The notes: generated from the letters alone by a model not told the origin. A stretch of 64,000 nt of DNA from an uncultured Chloroflexia bacterium (GCA_963833225.1 CAWHXD010000006.1:192001-256000); one strand, 5' to 3'. Positions 1 to 10,692 are shown, numbered from the stretch's first letter. A program made the numbers and translations.

Positions 1-2007
1 CTCCGGGAAGTGCGCGATGCCCACGCTGACCGTCACGGGCGGACCATGAACCTGGGTCAGCCGCGCGACCGCGGACCGGATGCGCTCCGCCACCACGTGC
101 GAGCCTGGCCGGTCGGCGCCGGGCAGCAGGACGGCGAACTCGTCGCCGCCGTAGCGGTAGACGGAATCGCCGTCACGCAGCGAGTCCTTCATCGCCGCCG
201 CGACCCTGGCCAGCAGCGCGTCCCCGGCCGGGTGTCCGTGGGTGTCGTTGTAGGCCTTGAAGGCATCGAGGTCGAGCATGAGCAGGGCGAACGGCGCTCC
301 CTCGTCCAGCATCGCTCCGGCCTGCCGCTGGAAGGCACCGTGATTGTGGATGCCCGTCAGCACGTCCTGCTCGGCGGCGGTGACGGCCGCGCCGTGGGTC
401 TCGGCGTTGCTCAGCGCGATCGACGCCTGGCCGGCGAACAGCTGGACAAGCTCGAACTCGTCCCGGCTGAAGTGCGACGTTTCGCCGCCCATCCGGGAGA
501 CATTGAGCGTGCCGATGACCTCGCCGGCCGCGAGCAGCGGGCAGACGATCATGGACTCGGATTCCTCGGGCGTGCCGGGGATCTGGACGACCCTGGGGTC
601 GAGGTGGGCATCGTTGGCGAGCACGGCTTCGCTGTTGCGGATCACCCAGCCGGTGAGCCCGACGTCCAGCGGCCCCTCGTGCGACAGGATCAGATCGGCG
701 AACCGGTCGCGTGACACGACGGCGCGACGGATCAAGTGCGCCCAGTCAAGCCGGTAGATCGTCAGCGAGTCGTAGGCCACGACCGACTTCAGGGAGTCGG
801 CGATCAGCTCGAGCACGCTGGCCGGTTCGAGCGTGGCCATCAGCTGCCCGTTGACCTCGAGCAGTCGACGCTGGCTTTCGAGCCGGTGATGCAGCTCCTG
901 CTGCTGGCGACGGACCTGTCCGAAGGCGTCCGCGTTGACCATCGCCTGGGCCGCGTATCCCGCGAAGATCTCGAGCGTCCGCTGGTCGTCCTCGGAGTAC
1001 CTGTCGTAGCCCATCTTCGAGAGGACGATGACGCCCAGCACGCGTGACTCATAGGACATCGGCACGAGCAGCATCAATTCCACGCCGCGGTCTCCGCCCA
1101 ACTGCCGGCCACGCGGATCCGCCCGTGCGTCGCCCAGGCAGATCGACTCGTTGTGGAGCGCCACCCAGCCCGTGAGTCCCTCGCCGACCCGGAGGCGCAG
1201 CTGGTCCGTCGTGGGCCGCCCGATCCCCAGGAACTCGCCCTGGAAGGCGACCGGCTCGCAGGTCTGCGTGCGCTGGTCCACGCGATAGACCCGGATCGTG
1301 TCGTGGGCGATGAGCCGATCGGCCTCGGCCACGATCGCCTCACCGATGCCCTCGACCTCCTGGATCCGGTTGAGCCGCGACGACAGCTCCTGGATCGCCC
1401 TGAGCCGGGCGGCACCCTCGCGGACCGAGGTGTAGAGCCGGGCATTGGTCACGGCGATGGCCATCTGGCTCGCGAAGGTCGTGCACAGCTCCAGCTCGTC
1501 GGGAGTCCACTCGAATCGGGTGCGGTGGTACAGGACGAGCAGCCCAACCGCCTCGTCGCGGAACACGAGCGGGACGAAGTTGACGGTCCGGAAATCCAGC
1601 CTGGCGTACAGGTCGGCGAACTTGGGGGCGGTCGATGGGTCGTCGACCACGATCGGGCGCCGCTCGTTCAGGGCGCGCATCCCCATGGTCGGCTCGCCGC
1701 GAGTGACGGCGCCCGCGGCGTCGATCAGCTCCTGCGTCAGGCCGTGGTGGGCGGCAAGGCGCAGCGGATGGCGGCCCGGGTCGTGCAGCCACAGTCCAGC
1801 GACATCCGTGCCGAACAGCGAGCGCGCGGAGGCGAGCACGGCCTCGAAGACCTGGTCGAGCTCAAGGCTGGCGCTGGTCTCGGCGACCACCCGGCCCAGC
1901 ACGCTGGCTCGAGCCTGGGCCGCATGGACCCGCTTCGTTCGGGCAAGCGGGGTCTCGCGCGCGCGGCGCGCGGTGGAGGGCTGCGTGCTCTCGTTCGCGA
2001 CGGTCAT
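1..2007 (-). CDS. Diguanylate cyclase with three GAF domains and a GGDEF domain (runs off the left edge)
   Basis: Manual translation from ATG at 2007 (MTVANESTQ...). Three GAF-like repeats ending FASQMAIAVTNARLY, FAGYAAQAMVNA and FAGQASIALSNA, then DVLTGIHN, MLDLDAFKAYNDTHGHPAGD and YRYGGDEF. Missing from the ORF track because the stop lies outside the window. Confidence 0.9.
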   Translation of the reverse strand, partial: MTVANESTQPSTARRARETPLARTKRVHAAQARASVLGRVVAETSASLELDQVFEAVLASARSLFGTDVAGLWLHDPGRHPLRLAAHHGLTQELIDAAGAVTRGEPTMGMRALNERRPIVVDDPSTAPKFADLYARLDFRTVNFVPLVFRDEAVGLLVLYHRTRFEWTPDELELCTTFASQMAIAVTNARLYTSVREGAARLRAIQELSSRLNRIQEVEGIGEAIVAEADRLIAHDTIRVYRVDQRTQTCEPVAFQGEFLGIGRPTTDQLRLRVGEGLTGWVALHNESICLGDARADPRGRQLGGDRGVELMLLVPMSYESRVLGVIVLSKMGYDRYSEDDQRTLEIFAGYAAQAMVNADAFGQVRRQQQELHHRLESQRRLLEVNGQLMATLEPASVLELIADSLKSVVAYDSLTIYRLDWAHLIRRAVVSRDRFADLILSHEGPLDVGLTGWVIRNSEAVLANDAHLDPRVVQIPGTPEESESMIVCPLLAAGEVIGTLNVSRMGGETSHFSRDEFELVQLFAGQASIALSNAETHGAAVTAAEQDVLTGIHNHGAFQRQAGAMLDEGAPFALLMLDLDAFKAYNDTHGHPAGDALLARVAAAMKDSLRDGDSVYRYGGDEFAVLLPGADRPGSHVVAERIRSAVARLTQVHGPPVTVSVGIAHFPE

Positions 2008-2283
2008 GCGAAGGCGTCATCCCTCGACCTCAGCGGGGCAGCGGGAACGCCAACCCAGAGGTGTCAACTCGCACCGTACCGGTCGGACGCCCCACGCACG
2101 ATAGGCCGGAGGTACCGGGTGGCGCGGCCGCCCCCTTGCCGCCGATCTTGGATGCCGTGCCCGGGGGCCCGGTTTAGACGGGCGGTTTGGCCGTTCGTCG
2201 CCGGCGGGACCCTGTGCACCATGGACCTTTGTCCACCCGTCCCATGGTCGCCGGACACGGCGACCGAGCGAGGATCCAAGCGC

Positions 2284-4869
2284 ATGAGCCTCGACGCGGT
2301 GGTTGGGCGGCAGCCCGACCCGTTCCTTCCCCTTCCGGCCCTGACGGTCGCCGCCGCCCGCACCGAGGCGGAGCGCTGCCTCTACTGCGTGGACGCGCCG
2401 TGCGCGACCGCCTGCCCGACGAGCATCGATGTGCCGTCGTTCATCCGCAAGATCGCGACCGACAACCTCGATGGGAGCGCGCGGACCATCCTGGCCGCCA
2501 ACCCGCTGGGGGCCACCTGCGGGGCCGCGTGCCCGGTGGAACGCCTGTGCGAAGGGGCGTGCGTTCACAACGAGATGGGCAACCGGCCGATCGAGATCGG
2601 GCGGCTGCAGCGGTATGCCGTGGAGCAGCTGGCGGCATCCGAGCGGCCGTTCTTCGTGCCTGGCGAGGACGCCGGGAAGTCGGTGGCCGTGGTTGGCGCC
2701 GGACCGGCGGGCCTTGCGTGTGCGGTTGTCCTTCGCAAGGCCGGCGTGGCTGTCACGATCTACGACGCCCACGAGCGGGCCGGCGGGCTGGCCGACCACG
2801 GGATCGTGCCATGGCGCCTGCCACGCGAGACCGTGGCCATGGAGGTCGCCGAAGTCGAGCGAGCAGGCGCGCGGATCCTGACCGGCACGATGGTCGGGCG
2901 CGACGTCGAGGCCGCTGACCTGCTGGCGGTCAACGATGGCATCGTCGTCGCCACCGGTCTCGGCCACTGCAAGCCGTTGGGGATCCCCGGCGAGGAGCTG
3001 AGCGGGGTCGTTGACGCCCTCGACGTGATCGGGCGCGCCATCGCCGGTGGCGAGGAGCCTGCCCTGGGGCGGCGGGTCGCCGTCATCGGTGGTGGCAGCA
3101 CGGCGTTCGACGCGGCCGCCGCGGCCGTCCGTTTGGGCGCCGAGGAGGTCACGCTGTTCTACCGGCGGGGCGCCGCCGAGTGTCCCGCGTACCCCCACGC
3201 CATCGATCTCGTGCGCTCATTGGGCGCGATGGTTCGCTGGCTGGCCGCGCCCGTCGAGGTCCTGGGCGGCACGCACGTCACCGGGATCGCCCTCGAGGCG
3301 ATGTCTCTCGGGGAGCCCGACGCGTCCGGGCGCCGCCGGCCCGTGCCGGTTCCGGACTCGCGGTTCGAGGTCCGCGTCGACACGGTCATCCGCGCCGTCG
3401 GCCAGGACGGTCCGACCGAGCTGTTGACCGCGCTCGGCATGCCCCTCGAGCACGGGGTGGCACGCGTGGAGCCCGCCACGTTCCGCACCGACGTGCCCAG
3501 GATCTGGGCGATCGGCGACATCACCAGTGGCGGCGCCGAGGTCGTCAACGCCGTCCAGGCCGGCAAGATGGCCGCCGCCTCGATCATCCGCGACCTCGGC
3601 CTGGGCACCCGGATCCAGCCCGTGCGCCCGACGGACGCCACGGTCCCCGGCGTGGACCTGTTCACCGACATCGCGGGCATCCGCAGCCCCAACCCGTTCT
3701 GGCTCGCGAGCTGCCCCATCAGCAACAACGCCGAGATGGTCGCCCGGGCCTTCGACGCGGGCTGGGGCGGCGCCGTCTGGAAGACGGTCGGCGATCCGAT
3801 CCGCAACGTGACCGCCCGCCTGGGCACCTTCAACCAGGGTGGCCGGCGGATCGTCGGGATCAACAACATCGAGCTGATCAGTGACCGCCCGACGGACGTC
3901 AACCTCGCGGAGATCCGCGAGGTCAAGAAGCGCTATCCCAACAACGCCGTGATCCTCAGCCTGATGGTCGAGGCCAAGCGCGAGGCGTGGCACGAGATCC
4001 TGGCCAAGGGCAACGACACCGGCGCGGATGGCTACGAGCTCAACTTTGGCTGCCCGCACGGGATGAGCGAGCGGGGGATGGGCGCGGCCATCGGCCAGGT
4101 CCCGGACTACGTCCAGATGATCACCGAGTGGGTGATGGAGAAGGCGGAGATGCCGGTCCTCGTCAAGCTCACGCCCAACGTCACCGACATCCGCTTCCCC
4201 GCGCGCGCCGCGCGGGCCGCGAAGGCCGACGGCGTCGCCCTGATCAACACCATCTCGTCGCTGATCGGGGTCGACCTCGACACCTGGGCCCCGCTCCCCA
4301 ACGTGCGCGGCAAGGGCACCCACGGCGGCTATGCGGGTCCCGCGGTCAAGCCGATCGCGCTCAACATGGTCTCGCAGGTGGCCGCGGACCCGGAGGTGGG
4401 AATTCCCATCTCGGGCATCGGCGGCATCGAGACCTGGCGCGACGCCGTGGAGTTCATGCTCGCCGGCTCGACCACCGTGCAGGTGGGGACGAGCGTCATG
4501 CACTACGGCTTCCGGCTCGTCGACGACCTCGTCGACGGCCTGTCGGTCTACCTGCGGGACAAGGGTCTCCACTCGCCGAGCGAGCTGGTGGGCAAGGCGC
4601 TGCCGGCGCTCACCGACTGGGGCAACCTCGACCAGGAGTTCCGGCTCCTGGCCCACATCGACCAGCAGCAGTGCATCAACTGCGGCCTGTGCTACGCCGC
4701 CTGCAACGACGGCGCACACCAGGCCATCCGCAAGACCGGCTCCAACGGGACCACGCGGCTGGAGGTCATCGACGACAACTGCGTGGGCTGCCTGCTGTGC
4801 CAGCACGTGTGCCCGGTCGAGGGCGCGATCGAGTTCGAGGAGCTCGAGGGGGCAGCTCCGATCCACTGA
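2284..4869 (+). CDS. preA: Fused PreT-PreA NAD(P)-dependent dihydropyrimidine dehydrogenase (about 861 aa)
   Basis: N-half is GltD/PreT-like (CLYCVDAPCATACP, VVGAGPAGL, VIGGGSTAFD). C-half is PreA (NPFWLAS, GINNIELIS, ELNFGCPHGMSERGMG, VKLTPN) with a C-terminal 2x[4Fe-4S] region (CINCGLCYAAC, CVGCLLCQHVC). Start taken as ATG 2284, not the ORF-track start. Confidence 0.9.
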   Translation: MSLDAVVGRQPDPFLPLPALTVAAARTEAERCLYCVDAPCATACPTSIDVPSFIRKIATDNLDGSARTILAANPLGATCGAACPVERLCEGACVHNEMGNRPIEIGRLQRYAVEQLAASERPFFVPGEDAGKSVAVVGAGPAGLACAVVLRKAGVAVTIYDAHERAGGLADHGIVPWRLPRETVAMEVAEVERAGARILTGTMVGRDVEAADLLAVNDGIVVATGLGHCKPLGIPGEELSGVVDALDVIGRAIAGGEEPALGRRVAVIGGGSTAFDAAAAAVRLGAEEVTLFYRRGAAECPAYPHAIDLVRSLGAMVRWLAAPVEVLGGTHVTGIALEAMSLGEPDASGRRRPVPVPDSRFEVRVDTVIRAVGQDGPTELLTALGMPLEHGVARVEPATFRTDVPRIWAIGDITSGGAEVVNAVQAGKMAAASIIRDLGLGTRIQPVRPTDATVPGVDLFTDIAGIRSPNPFWLASCPISNNAEMVARAFDAGWGGAVWKTVGDPIRNVTARLGTFNQGGRRIVGINNIELISDRPTDVNLAEIREVKKRYPNNAVILSLMVEAKREAWHEILAKGNDTGADGYELNFGCPHGMSERGMGAAIGQVPDYVQMITEWVMEKAEMPVLVKLTPNVTDIRFPARAARAAKADGVALINTISSLIGVDLDTWAPLPNVRGKGTHGGYAGPAVKPIALNMVSQVAADPEVGIPISGIGGIETWRDAVEFMLAGSTTVQVGTSVMHYGFRLVDDLVDGLSVYLRDKGLHSPSELVGKALPALTDWGNLDQEFRLLAHIDQQQCINCGLCYAACNDGAHQAIRKTGSNGTTRLEVIDDNCVGCLLCQHVCPVEGAIEFEELEGAAPIH

Positions 4870-4886
4870 CGGTCCGAGAGGGACGG

Positions 4887-4919
4887 ACGAGGCCCCGGGG
4901 TCTGCCCCCGGGGCCTCGT
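4887..4919. terminator. Hairpin terminator between convergent genes
   Basis: Perfect 14-bp stem ACGAGGCCCCGGGG / CCCCGGGGCCTCGT with a 5-nt loop, just after the preA stop. Confidence 0.75.
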
Positions 4920-4961
4920 TCTGTGTGCGGGGGCCGATCGATTCCGCCCGGCCGCAAGCCG

Positions 4962-5372
4962 TCAGACGCCGGTCGTCGCCGCCTCACCCCACCGGGCGAC
5001 GAGCATTCCGTACAGCACGATGACGTTGACCACCACCGAGCCGATCGTCGAGCCGGTCGTGAACGCGTGCGGGTAGAGCGCCGTGGCCAGCAGCGACACC
5101 GCGGCCGATCCGACCGCCGCCTGGCGCCACCACGCCTGCCCGGTGAGCAGGCCGACCGCCGCGACCAGGAAGCCGGCCATCGGGACCAGGAACAGGACGC
5201 CCGCCCCGAGGCGTGCGACGCTGTCGCCGACGGTGTCCGTGAGCAGCCAGGAGCGACTCGAGACGCCCTCGAACGAGGCCACGCCCCAGGCGGGCAGCCA
5301 GCCCAGCACATGCCCAACGCCGTGTGCTCCGAGCACGCAGCCCGCGACCACCTTGACCAGTCCTGCGTCCAT
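4962..5372 (-). CDS. Small integral membrane protein (about 4 TM), function unknown
   Basis: 136 aa hydrophobic ORF with a GAGGAG RBS upstream; divergent from the TetR gene. Confidence 0.7.
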   Translation of the reverse strand: MDAGLVKVVAGCVLGAHGVGHVLGWLPAWGVASFEGVSSRSWLLTDTVGDSVARLGAGVLFLVPMAGFLVAAVGLLTGQAWWRQAAVGSAAVSLLATALYPHAFTTGSTIGSVVVNVIVLYGMLVARWGEAATTGV

Positions 5373-5407
5373 CCTGCCGTCTCCTCAGCGTTCGTTGATT
5401 TGCCCGT

Positions 5408-5439
5408 GCGTACAGCGTACGCTTGCGTACGACGTACGC
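5408..5439. promoter_or_regulatory. Twin palindromic TetR operators GCGTAC-N3-GTACGC
   Basis: GCGTACagcGTACGC (5408-5422) and GCGTACgacGTACGC (5425-5439) lie in the short divergent intergenic region. Confidence 0.65.
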
Positions 5440-5457
5440 TAACGGTACAGTGGCCGC

Positions 5458-6158
5458 ATGTCAAGCCCGATCGCCGTCGCACCGTGTCCCGTCGCCGGCC
5501 CCGGGCGACGCTGTCGCGGGAGGCGATCGTGGACGCGGCGGTGGCCATCCTCGACGAGACAGGGCTCGACGGCCTCACGATGCGCGCGGTGGCGGATCGC
5601 CTCGATGCGGGTGCCATGTCCCTGTACCGACATGTCGCGAGCCGAGACGAGCTGCTCGATCTCGTGGTCGCGCGGCTGACCGCCGGCGTGACCACCACGT
5701 GCGCACCGGCGACTGGCGGGCCGACCTGGCCGCGCTGGCCCATGACACGAGGGCTGCCCTGATGCGTCGCCCAACCTGACGGTCCTGCTCACGTCCCGGG
5801 CGGCATCGGCCGGAGCGGCATGGTCGCGCTCGACCACGCCCTGGGGATCCTCCGCGATGCCGGGTTCCCGCCACGCGACGCCGTGCTCGCAAACCACGCC
5901 CTCGGCAACTACGTCGCCGGTGCGGCCTGTGGGAGGCCGTGGGGCTGGCCGGCGCGAGCGGCGAGGACCGGCGACGCCGGGCCGACGACGCGGCTCGGGC
6001 CTGGGCGCCTTCCGCCCGATGTCGCACCCAACGTGACCTGGGCCGCCGGCGGCTGTTTGCGCACGCTCGATGACCGGTTCGAGTTCGGCCTCGAGGTGGT
6101 GCTCGACGGGCTCGAGGCCCGGCTGACAGCCGTCGATCCCGACGAGACGCCGTCCTGA
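5458..6158 (+). CDS. TetR/AcrR family regulator with TetR_C domain (several frameshifts)
   Basis: HTH segment LSREAIVDAAVAILDETGLDGLTMRAVADRLDAGAMSLYRHV; GDWRADLAALA and DDRFEFGLEVVLDGL continue in other frames. Confidence 0.8.
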
Positions 6159-6251
6159 GGTCAGCCGGGTCGATCGACCCCGGCGCCGCGTCAGCCAGGG
6201 CCTGACCGCTCCTGCTCGCGCGGCGTCAGCCAGCCGTCGTCCGCGGTGTCC

Positions 6252-6856
6252 TCAGCCGGCGCCGATCGGCTCCGCGGCCGTGGGCTCCGTCCTGAGCTCG
6301 AACGGCCGGTCCAGCGGGGCGTCCTCGTGGAGGGCTGTGCCGTTCATCGTCGGCTGGTGGGTCGAGAAGGTCCCGGCGACACGGCCCGCGATATGGAACC
6401 GCACATAGCGCCAGCCCATCCGGTCGAACGGGGCGGCGACCGGGGCCGGGAACATGCCCGTCTCGGTCACGGTGATCAGCTCCGGCCGGTCAAGGTCAAG
6501 CAGCTCGTCGTGGAGCTGGAGCCGCGCGTGACCGGCATGGAGCACGTTCTGCGCCCATTGCGATCCGACACCGAGCGGCGTCGGCACGAGGATGGCGTCG
6601 CCGACGACGGTCGGATGGACCGGCGTGAAATGCGCCGCGCCACTCGTGCGGCCCGTGTGCTCGAGCGTGCCGATCTCCGCGTGCTCGCTGCCCGGGTAGC
6701 CGCGGGCCAGGAGCCACGGATTGACCCGCTCGTTCATCGCCTCCGGAGACCGGGGAACTGCTCCGGCGCCGGCTTCCCCAGCTCGATCACCACCCGGTCC
6801 ATCACGACGCCGACCGCGACGCCCGTCGCGAGCAGCGCCATCGCCCTGCGCACCAT
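6252..6856 (-). CDS. Nitroreductase/deazaflavin (F420)-dependent oxidoreductase family protein (one frameshift near the N-terminus)
   Basis: TLEHTGRTSG...TPV and SQWAQNVLHAG resemble the split-barrel DDN-family motifs. The N-terminal hydrophobic segment MVRRAMALLATG is in another frame. Confidence 0.6.
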
Positions 6857-7025
6857 CGGTCTGCCTCCTGCTGTTGCGTCCGCTGAGCCTGTGGGACGCG
6901 GCCGTCGGCGGCCAGTGCCGATGCGCCACACGCGGGGATCGGGAGGAAGCGTGACGGCGAGTCACGGTATCCGCCTCGAAGCGACCTGAGGCGGTGGAGT
7001 TGCTTCGGTTTCGTGGACGATCATT

Positions 7026-7900
7026 TCATGCCACTGATTGCTGGATCGACCACCTCCTCTCGAACTCGACGGTGAGATGTTGCCGATGGCCGAGTGGCGG
7101 CGGGTGCGGTTGTAGAAGACCTCGATCCAGTCGAAGACGGCTGCCCTCGCCTCGGCCCGGGTCACCCAGTGGCTGCGGTCGATGAGCTCGGTCTCGAGGC
7201 TGGCGAAGAGCTCTCGGCATGGCGTTGTCGTAGCAGGTGCCGGGGGCCCCGGTGGAGGCCGCGATCCCCGATCGGCGAGTCGGTCGCGGAACGCCTCGCT
7301 CGTGTACTGGGAGCCGCGATCGGAGTGGAAGATCACCCCCACCGGCCGCGGAACCCGAGGGCAGCGTCGAGGGCCGACGTGACGAGGTCGGTCCGCTGCC
7401 GCTCGGCCAACGACCAGCCCACGACCCGCCGGGAACAGGCATCGAGGACGGTTGCGAGGTAGAGCTTGCCCTCGTCGGTCGGGAGCTCGGTGATGTCGCC
7501 GACCCACAGCCGGCCGGGGCGGTCAGCGAGGGCGGTGAAGCGGCGCCGGACGAGGTCGGGCGCGGGGCTCGCGGCCGGGTCCTGCCGTGTGGTGGCGCGG
7601 TACCGGCGGCGGGTGACCCCCGGATCCCGGCCAGGCGCATCAGGCGGGCCACCCGGCGGAGACCCACCGGGATGCCGCCGCCCCGGATCTCGGCCCGGAT
7701 CCGGGGCGCGCCGTACGTGCCGCGGCTCGCGGCGTGGGCCAGCGCGATCCGGGCGACGAGCCGGGCATCGGCCTCCCGGCGCGGGGAGGGTGCCCTGCCG
7801 GGCCAGGCCCAGAAGCCGGTCGGGGAGACGCCGAGCAGGCGGCACATGCGCCAGACGGATGGCTGGCCTTCTCACGCTCGATGAACTGATACGCGCTCAG
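7026..7900 (-). pseudogene. IS3 transposase OrfB (rve integrase core), multiple frameshifts
   Basis: Fragments MCRLLGVSPTGFWAW, GTYGAPRI, LWVGDITEL, LYLATVLDACSRRVVGWS, IFHSDRGSQYTS and WIEVFYNRTRRHSAIG occur in different frames. Confidence 0.85.
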
Positions 7901-8188
7901 GCGCGCCGGCTCGTCTCCCGGGCGAGGGAAGCCGAGGCCGTACCTGGATCTCCCGCTCCTCCTCGAGGACGCGCACCCTCCGGCGGAGGGCGACGACTTC
8001 CGTGTGCTCGTCGAGCGCCCTCCGCTCCCGCGGGCTGGCCTGGGCCTAGTCTGCTCGACCCAGCGCCGGATCGTCTCGTGGCTCACGCCCAGGTCGGCAC
8101 CGACGGAGCGCAGCGTGGCGCCGGGCTGCCGGGCGAGGCGGACGGCCTCCTCCCGGAACTCCCGGGAGAAGCGGGTTGTTCTGGCCAT
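7890..8188 (-). CDS. IS3 transposase OrfA (HTH), 3' end frameshifted
   Basis: MARTTRFSREFREEAVRLARQPGATLRSVGADLGVSHETIRRWV, with a GGAGG RBS upstream. Confidence 0.8.
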
Positions 8189-8589
8189 GGGGACACCTCC
8201 AGGGGACCTCGTCACACAATCGGGTGTCCACGAAACCGGGTCAAGTCTACATCGGCCCGGACCGCGGGCGGCTCCAGGAGCACCGTCCACCACATTGGGG
8301 TGAGGCCGTCCCCACGGGGGGTGGACGGAGAGCGATCCGTCGTGATCCTCGAGGACCCCAGGGCGACATACCTCCGGCGGTCGTTGGCGGGGTTGTAGAT
8401 GGGGCGGGCCGATGTTGCCGTGCCAGCAGATGCCGGGACCCTTCGATGTCGCCGACGGACGACAGAGCCCGGCTTTGTCGACGTCCCGGCTGATGACCAC
8501 AGGTACATCGAAGCGTCTTCGAGCGGGACTCCCGCACATGTAGGGGAGTGCGGGGCTGGCCTCGACGGTCGGCCGGAGCTCTGAGCACG

Positions 8590-9228
<639 letters not shown>

Positions 9229-10514
9229 GATGACGTCAAGACTCTTGTGTAAAAGCAACGAGCGGGCGCGCTGCCAGGAGCTCGTTGAGGCGGAGCACCC
9301 CGCCATACAGGATCCGGTCTGCTGACCGGCGGTCAGCGAGCGCGCCGATCGGCCGGAGCCGGCGGCGGAGCTCGCGGAAGGCGCGCTCGAGCAGGTTGGT
9401 GGTGCGCAGGCTGGCCCGGAGCGGCTCGGGCAGCGAGAACACGGCGAGCAGGCTGTCGAGGTCGCGCTCGAGCCCGCGGACGAGGCGGGGATGGCGCTCC
9501 CGCCAGGCCTTCGCCCAGCGCCAGTAGGCTGCCACCGCGGCCCGCCTCGTGCGGGCCCGGTAGATCGAGCGCAGGCTGCGCAGGCAGGCCCGCCGTTCGG
9601 CGAGCGGGAGCGCCTCGAGGATGTTCCGGAGCCGGTGGGTCCAGCAGCGCTGCAGCTCGGCTGCGGGGAACGCCTCGGTGACCGCGGCGGCGATCCCGCC
9701 GGCCCCGTCGGCGGCCACGAGGAGGACGCCCTCGGGGTCGAGCCCCCGCTCGACGAGCGAGCGCAGGAGGATCCCCCAAGCCGCCGCCGACTCCGCGCTG
9801 GCCTGGCGATAGTCGAGCAGCTCGCGCCGACCGGCCGCATCGATCCCGTAGACCGCGAGGATCACCCGCCTGGCGGCCCGGCCGCTCCGGTCGCGGACCG
9901 AGACCCACAGCCCGTCGCAGAGCAGGTAGCGGGCCGCGAACGGGATCGGCCGCCGGTGGAAGGCAGCGACCCGGGCGTCGAGCGCCCGGCCGAGCCGGCT
10001 GATCGCGCTCGCGCTGAGCGGGACGCCGGTGAGCCGCTCAGCGAGCCGGGCCGTCTCGCGGGTGGAGAGGCCCCGGCTGAACGCCTCGCGCAGCAGCCCG
10101 TCGACGAGGCTCGTCCGGCGGGCCGCCCGGGCCAGGAACGACGGGCGGTACGGGACGAGCCTCCGGCGCGGGACGTCGAGCTCGGTCGCCCCGAGCTCGG
10201 TCACGAGCAGGCGCCGGTAGATCCCGTTGCGGTGGTCGAGCCGCTCGCGCGTGCGTTCGTAGCGCCCCGCGAGGATCAGCGCCGTCAGCTCATCCTCCAT
10301 CGTCGCCTCGAGGATCGTCCGGACGGCGGCGAGGAGCTCGGGGCGCAGGTCGCCCCACAGCGCCTCCTCGTCCCTCACCTCCGCCCAGCGCTGGGCTGGT
10401 GTCCGGTCGGTCAGAGCGGGTACCGTTGCCATGGGCGTACTCCTTCTGTGCTGGAACACGTGAAGTTGTACGCCCGCTCGTTTCGGGCTTTCCCACAAGA
10501 GACGCTACGTCACT
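9229..10514 (-). mobile_element. IS256-family insertion sequence
   Basis: IRs GATGACGTCAAGACTCTTGTGTAAAAG (9229-9255) and AGTGACGTAGCGTCTCTTGTGGGAAAG (reverse complement ending 10514). The TTGTGTAAAAG core resembles IS256 ends. Confidence 0.9.
9236..10432 (-). CDS. IS256-family (Mutator-like) DDE transposase, intact
   Basis: RNGIYRR...LDVPRRR, LLCDGLW, VAADGAGG, LQRCWTH (CxxH) and TTNLLER; AAGGAG RBS before ATG 10432. Confidence 0.92.
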   Translation of the reverse strand: MATVPALTDRTPAQRWAEVRDEEALWGDLRPELLAAVRTILEATMEDELTALILAGRYERTRERLDHRNGIYRRLLVTELGATELDVPRRRLVPYRPSFLARAARRTSLVDGLLREAFSRGLSTRETARLAERLTGVPLSASAISRLGRALDARVAAFHRRPIPFAARYLLCDGLWVSVRDRSGRAARRVILAVYGIDAAGRRELLDYRQASAESAAAWGILLRSLVERGLDPEGVLLVAADGAGGIAAAVTEAFPAAELQRCWTHRLRNILEALPLAERRACLRSLRSIYRARTRRAAVAAYWRWAKAWRERHPRLVRGLERDLDSLLAVFSLPEPLRASLRTTNLLERAFRELRRRLRPIGALADRRSADRILYGGVLRLNELLAARPLVAFTQES

Positions 10515-10522
10515 GGCGGTCG

Positions 10523-10551
10523 TTGACGCTCCAGCGCGCCCGCTCTACACT
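10523..10551 (+). promoter_or_regulatory. Sigma70-type promoter of the Rrf2-suf operon
   Basis: TTGACG (10523-10528), 17-bp spacer, TACACT (10546-10551). Confidence 0.7.
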
Positions 10552-10552
10552 C

Positions 10553-10577
10553 AATCCCTAGGAAACAGGTCGGAATT
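10553..10577. promoter_or_regulatory. Putative Rrf2/IscR-type operator
   Basis: Imperfect 25-bp AT-rich palindrome AATCCCTAG-GAAACAG-GTCGGAATT over the predicted +1, upstream of an Rrf2 gene. Confidence 0.55.
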
Positions 10578-10692
10578 CCCCGGCGGCCTCTGAGGCCGAT
10601 CGGCGACCCCTCGGGGAACTCCAGACCGCCCTTGATCGCCCCGGAGGGCCGTCCCCTGACGAAATCGCGCGAGCTTCCACGGATCCGGCGCC

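Larger units (their letters stand above)
6995..8249 (-). mobile_element. IS3-family insertion sequence (degraded or error-rich)
   Basis: 24-bp imperfect terminal IRs TGGAGTTGCTTCGGTTTCGTGGAC (6995) and TAGACTTGACCCGGTTTCGTGGAC (reverse complement of 8226-8249) enclose OrfA and OrfB. No target duplication seen. Confidence 0.85.

Noticed and set aside
1153-2283. N-terminal 377 aa of the 1238-aa ORF
   Set aside because: Mostly the antisense shadow of the GAF-GGDEF gene plus intergenic DNA; homology begins at ATG 2284.
2008-2283. Possible riboswitch between the cyclase and DPD genes (10578-10690 and 18950-19140 also examined)
   Set aside because: No recognisable c-di-GMP, c-di-AMP, SAM, TPP or purine consensus by eye; an Rfam/Infernal scan would be needed.
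6167-6180. Palindrome GGGTCGATCGACCC and short GTCAGCC repeats
   Set aside because: Short and GC-rich between convergent genes; not an array and plausibly chance or a weak terminator.
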